Source of the DNA: Eledone cirrhosa
Taxonomy: Eukaryota
Assembly (NCBI GenBank): GCA_964016885.1
Contig: OZ024740.1
Location: 107,570,001 to 107,634,000, forward strand
DNA length: 64,000 nucleotides
Reading direction: 5' to 3'
Each line of letters begins with the position of its first letter. The first letter of the stretch is position 1. The notes beneath the pieces were generated by a model. That model saw nothing but the letters and a program-made list of their open reading frames with translations, was not told where the DNA came from and ran no database searches. A program made the position numbers and the translations under genes. This document shows positions 45,001 to 53,685 of the stretch, one piece after another.

Positions 45001-47417
45001 GTATTGAGGAAAGATGACAGTGGCTGGGTGAGAGGAGTAGAGCCAGTAATGAATATTGTGAAGAGAAATGGAATAAGATGGTTGGGCCATGTATTGAGGA
45101 AAGATGACAGTGGCTGGGTGAGAGGAGTAGAGCTAGTAATGAATGTTGTGAAGAGAAATGGAATAAGATGGTTGGGCCATGTATTGAGGAAAGATGACAG
45201 TGGCTGGGTGAGAGAAGTAGAGCCAGTAATGAATGTTGTGAAGAGAAATGGAATAAGATGGTTGGGCCATGTATTGAGGAAAAATGACAGTGGCTGGGTG
45301 AGAGGAGTAATGAATGTTGTGAAGAGAAATGGAATAAGATGGTTGGGCCATGTATTGAGGAAAGATGACAGTGGCTGGGTGAGTGGAGTAGAGCCAGTAA
45401 TGAATGTTGTGAAGAGAAATGGAATAAGATGGTTGGGCCATGTATTGAGGAAAGATGACAGTGGCTGGGTGAGAGGAGTAGAGCCAGTAATGAATGTTGT
45501 GAAGAGAAATGGAATAAGATGGTTGGATCATGTATTGAGGAAAGATGACAGTGGCTGGGTGAGAGGAGTAGAGCCAGTAATGAATGTTGTGAAGAGAAAT
45601 GGAATAAGATGGTTGGGCCATGTATTGAGGAAAGATGACAGTGGCTGGGTGAGAGGAGTAGAGCCAGTAATGAATGTTGTGAAGAGAAATGGAATAAGAT
45701 GGTTGGGCCATGTATTGAGGAAAGATGACAGTGGCTGGGTGAGAGGAGTAGAGCCAGTAATGAATGTTGTGAAGAGAAATGGAATAAGATGGTTGGGCCA
45801 TATATTGAGGAAAGATGACAGTGGCTGGGTGAGAGGAGTAGAGCCAGTAATGAATGTTGTGAAGAGAAATGGAATAAGATGGTTGGGCCATGTATTGAGG
45901 AATGATGACAGTGGCTGGGTGAGAGGAGTAATGAATGTTGTGAAGAGAAATGGAATAAGATGGTTGGGCCATGTATTGAGGAAAGATGACAGTGGCTGGG
46001 TGAGAGGAGTAGAGCTAGTAATTAATGTTGTGAAGAGAAATGGAATAAGATGGTTGGGCCATGTATTGAGGAAAGATGACAGTGGCTGGGTGAGAGGAGT
46101 AGAGCCAGTAATGAATGTTGTGAAGAGAAATGGAATAAGATGGTTGGGCCATGTGTTTAGGAAAGATGACAGTGGCTGGGTGAGAGGAGTAGAGCCAGTA
46201 ATGAATGTTGTGAAGAGAAATGGAATAAGATGGTTGGATCATGTATTGAGGAAAGATGACAGTGGCTGGGTGAGAGGAGTAGAGCCAGTAATGAATGTTG
46301 TGAAGAGAAATGGAATAAGATGGTTGGGCCATGTGTTTAGGAAAGATGACAGTGGCTGGGTGAGAGGAGTAGAGCCAGTAATGAATGTTGTGAAGAGAAA
46401 TGGAATAAGATAGTTGGGCCATGTATTGAGGAAAGATGACAGTGGCTGGGTGAGAGGAGTAGAGCCAGTAATGAATGTTGTGAAGAGAAATGGAATAAGA
46501 TGGTTGGGCCATGTATTGAGGAAAGATGACAGTGGCTGGGTGAGAGGAGTAGAGCCAGTAATGAATGTTGTGAAGAGAAATGGAATAAGATGGTTGGGCC
46601 ATGTATTGAGGAAAGATGACAGTGGCTGGGTGAGAGGAGTAGAGCCAGTAATGAATGTTGTGAAGAGAAATGGAATAAGATGGTTGGGCCATGTATTGAG
46701 GAAAGATGACAGTGGCTGGGTGAGAGGAGTAGAGCCAGTAATGAATGTTGTGAAGAGAAATGGAATAAGATGGTTGGGCCATGTATTGAGGAAAGTTGAC
46801 AGTGGCTGGGTGAGAGGAGTAGAGCCAGTAATGAATGTTGTGAAGAGAAATGGAATAAGATGGTTGGGCCATGTATTGAGGAAAGATGACAGTGGCTGGG
46901 TGAGAGGAGTAGAGCCAGTAATGAATGTTGTGAAGAGAAATGGAATAAGATGGTTGGGCCATGTGTTTAGGAAAGATGACAGTGGCTGGGTGAGAGGAGT
47001 AGAGCCAGTAATGAATGTTGTGAAGAGAAATGGAATAAGATGGTTGGGCCATGTATTGAGGAAAGATGACAGTGGCTGGGTGAGAGGAGTAGAGCCAGTA
47101 ATGAATGTTGTGAAGAGAAATGGAATAAGATGGTTGGGCCATGTGTTTAGGAAAGATGACAGTGGCTGGGTGAGAGGAGTAGAGCCAGTAATGAATGTTG
47201 TGAAGAGAAATGGAATAAGATGGTTGGGCCATGTGTTTAGGAAAGATGACAGTGGCTGGGTGAGAGGAGTAATGAATGTTGTGAAGAGAAATGGAATAAG
47301 ATGGTTGGGCCATGTATTGAGGAAAGATGACAGTGGCTGGGTGAGAGGAGTAGAGCCAGTAATGAATGTTGTGAAGAGAAATGGAATAAGATGGTTGGGC
47401 CATGTGTTTAGGAAAGA
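1..47417 (+). repeat. Tandem satellite, 90-bp monomer (81-bp deletion variant), roughly 530 units, derived from an RTE-clade LINE coding segment; extends past the left window edge
   Basis: Consensus GTAGAGCCAGTAATGAATGTTGTGAAGAGAAATGGAATAAGATGGTTGGGCCATGTATTGAGGAAAGATGACAGTGGCTGGGTGAGAGGA is repeated head-to-tail with few substitutions per unit. The only indel seen is loss of GAGCCAGTA. Translation carries the RTE-type RW(L/F)GHV(L/F)R motif. Confidence 0.98.
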
Positions 47418-47606
47418 GGAAAGTAACTGAGTGAAAACATTCATAGAAATGAGTAGAGGAAGGGGAAGACCAAGAGAAACATGACTAAAGATGATGGAGG
47501 GGAAAATAAAATGTATGGAGTTGATGAGGGGAAGATTCAGACAATAGGACAAAATGAAGGAGCTTGTTATGGGATCTACATAGCTAACCTCTACTTTAAC
47601 AGGGAA
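47418..47606 (+). mobile_element. Decayed 3' end of the RTE-clade LINE that seeded the satellite
   Basis: The same frame continues after the last unit as KEESN*VKTFIEMSRGRGRPRET*LKMME..., matching the RTE C-terminal 'WVK...GRGRPR.TW' pattern with W->stop decay. It ends in an RTE-like 3' tail (gctaacctctactttaacagggaa). Confidence 0.85.
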
Positions 47607-47700
47607 CATACCCCTCAGACATTTCTTTGTTTTTATATACATATTTTTGTCTTCAACAGTTTTAAGAATATATATATATATATTTTTTTCATTCTTAAAG

Positions 47701-47771
47701 GTGCTGTTTCTGCTCAAGATCAATGTAGTCCACCTATGAATGTTCAGAATCTTCAGAATTCCATTCCTCAA
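47701..47771 (+). CDS. Candidate 71-nt internal coding exon of an unidentified plus-strand gene, (G)AVSAQDQCSPPMNVQNLQNSIPQ
   Basis: A T-rich tract and AG end at 47700, a strong donor CAA|GTAAGT starts at 47772, and the frame is open (phase 1 to phase 0). No homology recognised and the acceptor (AAG) is suboptimal. Confidence 0.4.
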
Positions 47772-48236
47772 GTAAGTTCATCACTACTATCACAAGTGGA
47801 TTCTAACCCGATTTAGTGGCTGAACTAATTATTATTATTATTACCATTATTACAATAATGATCTTGTCTATCTGCTATAACAACACAGAGTATTTAGATC
47901 TGGTGGACATCTGGCAATATATTTCATGGAACATAGAAACTCAATTTTGTTCCACTTATGTTGATAACGGCTACTTTTAACTCAAATGAGTGTAAAGAAA
48001 CTTTAATTTCTCTTTTTTTTTTTATTCTTAAATCTAATTTCTTTTATTTCAATTTCTTTTCTAATAAAAACATTTTTTTTTCATTTGTAAATATTCTTCT
48101 TTTATTTTTGTATGTTTTCCTTTTTTTTCAAATATATAGTCATTCAAGTTCAATAATAAAAATATAATTTTCTGCCTGGTCTACTCTAAGCTCACCTTCC
48201 ATTCTTTTTCAATCCATTTTATCATGTTGGAGAAAT

Positions 48237-48655
48237 CTATGACTGTCATAAAGATAAAGCTATGACTGTCATAGAAACAAAGCTATGACTATCATAGAAA
48301 CAAAGCTATGACTATCATAGAAACAAAGCTATGACTGTCATAGAAACAAAGCTATGACTGTCATAGAAACAAAGCTGTGACTCATAGAAACAAAGCTATA
48401 ACTGTCATAGAAACAAAGCTGTGACTCATAGAAACAAAGCTATGACTCATAGAAACAAAGGTATGACTGTCATAGAAACAAAGCTATGGGTGTTGTAGAT
48501 ACAAAGCTATGACTGTCATAGAGACAAAGCTATAACTATCATAAAGACAAAGCTATGATTGTCATAAACAAACAAATCTATGACTATCATAAAGATAAAG
48601 CTATGGCTGTCATAAAGACAGCTAAAGCCTTGACTGTCATATACAAAGCTATGGC
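48237..48655. repeat. 23-bp minisatellite (CTATGACTGTCATAGAAACAAAG)n, about 18 copies, with 21-bp variants
   Basis: Direct tandem copies are visible. Each unit contains the inverted repeat CTATGAC-T-GTCATAG. Confidence 0.95.
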
Positions 48656-48749
48656 AGCCCTAAGAATAAATCTGACATACTTTACTCACATTTGATATCA
48701 AGAATTGGTTTCTCATAAACTTTTTTCTTTTCCTTTTTTTATGAATCCC

Positions 48750-48870
48750 TCAGCAGTTTCAACAATGAATATTCCAGTAAAAAATAATTTTAGTAGATCC
48801 ATCCAAATTCTTCATTAATTAATTGAAATACAGTGCATTTCATTAGAAATATGGTTTCGAAAAGGGTTAA
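48750..48870 (+). mobile_element. Right-end fragment of a TTAA-flanked (piggyBac-like) MITE
   Basis: Ends cattagaaatatggtttcgaaaaggg|TTAA, the same terminus as the elements ending at 53263, 53681 and 61143. Left boundary is approximate. Confidence 0.55.
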
Positions 48871-49083
48871 TGTAGTCCTGATGCAGAATCAGCACGACAC
48901 TGTGTGATAAGGCTAAATCTGTAGTCCATCTGACAAGAATCCACAGTTTCTGTTTATCCAATTTCATCCACAAGGCTTATGCTAACTTGAGGCTAATACA
49001 TTTAACGAAGAAGCCATGAAAGAACAACAGACATTTTAAGGCTATCTACCCTTTAGGAATAACCATGCTGTCTTCATGCTTAT

Positions 49084-49217
49084 CATGGAGTCCTTTTTGA
49101 AGCACTGTTTTACAGCTGGACACCCTTCTTGGCACCGACTCTTTTAATCACCTCTAAAAGAGCTGGTGCCTGGAAGGGTATCTGGCTGTAAAGCATTACC
49201 TCAAAAAGGACTCCATG
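49084..49217. repeat. Long inverted repeat with 63-bp arms and an 8-nt loop, made from a SINE/RTE 5'-UTR-type domain
   Basis: 49084-49146 matches the reverse complement of 49155-49217 at 52/63 positions without gaps. It contains the gaaggg..tc..gctgtaaa motif also found in the local SINEs. Confidence 0.9.
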
Positions 49218-49709
49218 TTGAGTATAACATCTAACATGAGGCCTACAAGGCTGTAGGATCAAACCCTGGACCTCATGATTGTGAAGTGAACTTCTTAACT
49301 ACTCTGCCAATTATTAACCTCACTACACACCACATATCTTATACTGATCCCTTGATATTTCTTGAGCAGATATAATTATTATATTGTGGCAGATACTTCC
49401 CAGCTGTATCTTTTCTCATTGAAATGTTCATGTGTGAATACCCAGTTTAGAATAGGTATATTGTATAGATGTGTATTGTCAGAGATTACTAAAAAGAACA
49501 TCTAGCTGTAAAACATTGCTTCAAATAGAGATATGAACACTGTAAGATGTAGCAAAGGCAACCCATCCAGGAGAGCAGTAACACCATATAACATTTACAT
49601 GGGAGAGACATGGATTCTGTAAGCTTTGGCAAAGGCAACACATCTAGGAGAACAGTCATTCTGTATAAAAACTATTACAGTGTAGAGGTAATTTAAGTTC
49701 TGGACTTTC

Positions 49710-51710
49710 TAGTGTTGGCGGTATCATAAAATGAACCTAGTAAAGAGGTTGGTGAGAGGAAGGAAATTCCTCTAGAAAAAAACCCATACCAAAGCTATGA
49801 AAAATAACCTACTCCATAAATCTCAATTGCATATACAGGGATAACACTAGCCATGCTAGTAAGGTGGTTTGGTGGAAACACCAAATCATGTGCGAGAACC
49901 CTTCAACTGTCATCAAATAATCACACTCTTCTTTTCAGGTCTTGTGTACAGACACCTAGCTAATGTTAAGATTTAGAGTACAATCACCAATGGACACTCC
50001 AGCTAATATTAGGGTTTAGAGTACAGACACCAAAGGACACTTCAAGCAATGTTAGATAACTAATTTCAGTGTTGGCACAATGAAAGTTAGGGCAATTGAA
50101 ATTGTGGAGATGATGGACCAGAGACGAGTGGATGTATGTTGTGTGAAATGAAGAGGAACATCTGCCTGACTTCCTACAGGATGTCGAAATAAATTCTTGT
50201 GAGTAGGTAACAATGAAGCGGTATGAGGAGCAGGAATAATGTTAAGAGAGAAGTGGCTAGATAGAGATGTTAAGGTAGTTAGAGTATGTAATATAATGTT
50301 GAAACTTAGATTAGTTGTTAGTAATACAACAACAATTATCATTTGTGCTAACATGCCACAATTGGGACTGACTGACTGAGCAAAAGCATCAGTTCTATGA
50401 GGGCCTATTGTGAATTATCTTAATAGCAATGAGTACATGGCATCTATGGGTTCAAGAAATGGTAGTGGATTAGCCAAACACCAAGAGGGCAGCAAATTAC
50501 AATAACACAATTTCACTTGCATAGTCAACCAGTTAATGCCATACCCAATGAATGCTGTAACACTATCATTATTAACTGCTACAGGCCTTGTGCCTAACGT
50601 AGAAACAATTATTAACTGCTACAGGGGCAAAGGGGATGTTCTTGAAAAGAGCACTTACAGAGAGCAAACTAATAGATCGGGTCATGAAATTAACAGAGTT
50701 TTAGCGCAACTGATTAAATTTGTGTCAGGAGAGTAAAATTAATAGCATTGATTTATTTGGAGAAATCCTATGACAGAATATCACGTTACTTAGTTTGATG
50801 GGCTTTAATAGAACTAGGCATAGATGAATAACTTGATAGAACAGAGGAGTTTAAGATCAGTTGTCCATGAGAACTCCTGTAGCCTGATGACCAAACTTAT
50901 TGCTGATCTATAAAAAGAAATTCCATTTGTAGAATCACTTGTTCAGAAAAAATCAAAGTTTTAAAAGTATGGTCTTGTCCTCTTTCCAACATACTATCAA
51001 AGAAGTGGCTGTGCTTGAAATGTAGAAAAGGAGAAGATAGAAATTCTATGTACTCAATATAAAATATAGGTACAAAAGGTATAGTGGGATTGCTGGTAGG
51101 CTAACGGAACGTAGGCATTGTATGTGACAGTTGCACAGAGATAGTTGGTAGTAAAAGCACCTTTTTCAAACCATGGAAGGTACCATAGAAGTAGTTAATG
51201 GCTTCTGTTAGCTATATTACCTAATTAGCAGTGAAGGAGGCTGTTCTGAAAGTGTAGTAGCTAGAAGAAGAACAGGATAGGAAAAGCTCAAGGAATTTCT
51301 ACTTCTGTTGGCAACAAAAGTATTCTCTCTCCAAGGGAAGAGTAGATTGCATATGTTGTAAATCCAGATGATATATGAAGGTTGGAGAGAAACAAATCAA
51401 GTATCCTTTAATGGAAGTGTAATGGTAGTGTGTTTGAATGAGAAAGCACAGATGAGTTGAAAAAAATGGGCATAAGAAGAATCAAATAAAATGTAAAGGA
51501 GAGAAGGTTGCACTGGTATGGACATGTTATACATATGGATGATGGTTGTTAAGTAAAGAAGTGGAAGGAAGACCAAGAAAAATGTGAGAAGAGTTAATGA
51601 AAGCTGATCTGAAGGACCTAACAAAGAAAATGACTAAGGGAAGAAACAAGTAGAGAGATGCTATACTGTAGATTCATTTAACCCTCGCAAGTATGGAAAA
51701 ACCATCATTG
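49710..51710 (+). mobile_element. Decayed, internally deleted RTE-clade non-LTR retrotransposon (APE + RT + C-terminal remnants)
   Basis: APE N-terminus remnant VGTMKVRAIEIVEMMDQRRVDVCCV (~50070-50145). GKGDVLEKSTYR (~50625). RT remnant I.LEKSYDRISR (~50750). GGCSESVVAR (~51240). ERRLHWYGHVI (~51500), then GRPRK and an RTE-type tail (ttaaccctcgcaagtatggaaaa). Many stops and frameshifts. Boundaries approximate. Confidence 0.85.
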
Positions 51711-52280
51711 AACTGTGTGTATCTCTGTTACAAAGAATGTGTGTTTCAAATAGTATATTTATACAGAATTGCCATTATTCTCAACCGAGTCATCTCTTTC
51801 CTGAGGAACTATTACTGCTAGTAATAAATCAATCTCTACATTTTGTGTTTTGCATTCTCCACTTGCTTCACATAATATATAGAACATTAATATATCTGTG
51901 CAATCAATTATGCAAATTAAGTGTATTGAAGATTTTGATATAAAATAAAGTCAGTGATTTCCTATAAAATATACCTTGTCATGTGAAAATTTATCTATTG
52001 TATTTTGTTTCAGTACAATAAACTCCAAACAACTTGCTTGCATGCATGTATGTACATATGAGAAAGATCTAGATAAACTCAGGGAAGCGAGTTAATTTTG
52101 TATGGAAACAGATTTCCCTGTTAAATATAGTTTCTGAGATATATAAAACATCTAGAAACTCTCATTCTACAATTCCTACAAATTCCACTGCAATACACAC
52201 CATATTGTATTCTTTTTTTGTGGTACTGCTCTACTTACTCTTTCTTCAGATTCCACTGATAGATTCACCATTTTCTCTCT

Positions 52281-52668
52281 CATCATTTCATTTCATTTTA
52301 CGTCCGCTTTTCCCTGCTTGCAAGGGTGGGACGGGAACTGATTCTGGCTTGATTTCTACAGCTGGATGCCCTTCCTAACACCAACCTCATTTACAGTGAG
52401 TGCTGGGTGCTTTTTTTCCCTGGTGCCTACATGTCCACTTTACAGTGTGGGCTGGGTGCTTTTTTTTGCCGTGGCACCTCCACGACCACTTTGCAGTGGA
52501 ATGATAGGGACCCCAGTCCCTATCATCTCATTTCTACAGCTGAATAAACTGGAGCAATGTGAAATAAAGTGTCTTGCTCAAGGAAACAACACATCACCCG
52601 GTCTGAGAATTGAACTCACAACCTTTCGATTGCAAGGCCAATGCTCTAACCACTTAGCCATGTGCCTC
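52281..52668 (-). mobile_element. Full-length tRNA-derived SINE (CORE-like body, RTE-type tail with ATG repeats), young copy
   Basis: The minus strand begins GAGGCACATGGCTAAGTGGTTAGAGC (A box) ... GAGTTCAATTC (B box), followed by CCTTGAGCAAGACACTT (CORE-like) and a tail ...GGAAAAGCGGACGTAAAATGAAATG(ATG)n. Near-identical to 57939-58282. Confidence 0.9.
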
Positions 52669-52939
52669 TCATTAAAAGAAAAAATAAAAGACAACATTAG
52701 AGATAGAAAAAATGTTTTATTCCGTTGTATTTGCTTGCCAAAATGTTTGTACACTAGTTCCATACAGACAGCTTCTAGAAATTCAAGAAATGTGACTGGG
52801 AACAACTTTATGGTCAGTAAATTTTAAGCCTTTGGTGTCTGTTAACAGCAGCAGGAAAGTAATATATTACTATTTATTCAGCTAACACATGGAACATTTA
52901 CAAGTGAAATCAATTTATTGAGCATTTTCTCTTACTTCT

Positions 52940-53267
52940 TTAACCCTTTTGATACCAAACTGCCCTTGATTCTACAATATTAAGGTGTTTATATTTATCT
53001 AAAAACATTTAAGTATAATATTATGTGAGCACCTTTAAATCATGTTATAAAAAAAAGAAAAAGGAACCGATTTAGAAAGTGGGGTGGAACTTATCAAATC
53101 AGACCAAGGAAATAGTGTTTCCATTGCTGATACTATCTACCATTTGCAACTTAATAATGAGAAAATTAGTTTTATTACTAAATCCCTCAAATTCTTTAAT
53201 TATGGTTTTCAAATTATTTTGAAAATAATAGTGTCTTACATTAGAAATATGGTTATGAAAGGGTTAA
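52940..53267. mobile_element. piggyBac-like MITE with TTAA target-site duplications
   Basis: TTAA|CCCTTTTGATACC ... GGTTATGAAAGGG|TTAA. Imperfect terminal inverted repeats and no coding capacity. Confidence 0.7.
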
Positions 53268-53400
53268 AATGTTTGAAATATTTTGTTTTTTTCTGTTCTG
53301 TACATCTAGATCTCCCTACATGAACATGTGTTCAAATTAAAGAGTTCAATTCTGTTGTGTGTATAAATTAATGTATTACAATGACAAGTTCATTTGTGGT

Positions 53401-53685
53401 TTAACCTTTTTAATATCAAACTGCCTGACCTCTTCTATGATATTAAGATGTTTATATTTATCTAAAATTGAAAATCACAGGCAGTTTCATTAAAACTATG
53501 CTAATAAAAGGATTAAAGTGTTTTTTATTTATCTAGAAACCTATAGATTTTATGTAAGAACCTTTTAAGTTATATTCCAAATATCAACTAAATAATGATA
53601 TTAAATCCCTCCAAATTATTTTTCAAAATTATTTGAAAATCATGGGCAGTGTCTTTCATTAAAAATATGGTAACAAAAGAGTTAA
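53401..53685. mobile_element. Second, more decayed piggyBac-like MITE
   Basis: TTAA|CCTTTTTAATATC ... GGTAACAAAAGAG|TTAA. Internal similarity to 52940-53267 (aaactgcc, tgtttatatttatctaaaa, taaatccctc). Confidence 0.65.

Noticed and set aside
1-47417. CRISPR array
   Set aside because: There are no unique spacers or cas genes, and the context is eukaryotic with spliceosomal introns.
1-47417. Centromeric satellite (2x90 = 180 bp, nucleosome-like period)
   Set aside because: Dimer periodicity is only sporadic and the array lies beside or within genes. Nothing in the sequence supports centromere function.
13-47430. Giant plus-strand ORFs (1744, 1130, 382, 6592, 471, 5123 and 338 aa) as real protein-coding genes
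   Set aside because: Openness follows from a stop-free 90-bp unit taken from a LINE ORF. Stops are tolerated and duplicated, variants are mainly non-synonymous, and there is no unique domain. Kept only as a testable hypothesis.
2194-47771. Dozens of minus-strand ORFs (MAQPSYSISLHNIHY..., NTWPNHLIPFLFTT...)
   Set aside because: They are antisense shadows of the same repeat. Their ends coincide with the CTA/TCA unit variants.
52590-52668. tRNA gene (A/B boxes), also at ~58205-58282
   Set aside because: It is the tRNA-derived head of a SINE, continuous with the CORE-like body and ATG-repeat tail.
52366-52827. 153-aa ORF and its paralog at 58031-58270
   Set aside because: Both are antisense translations of the SINE.
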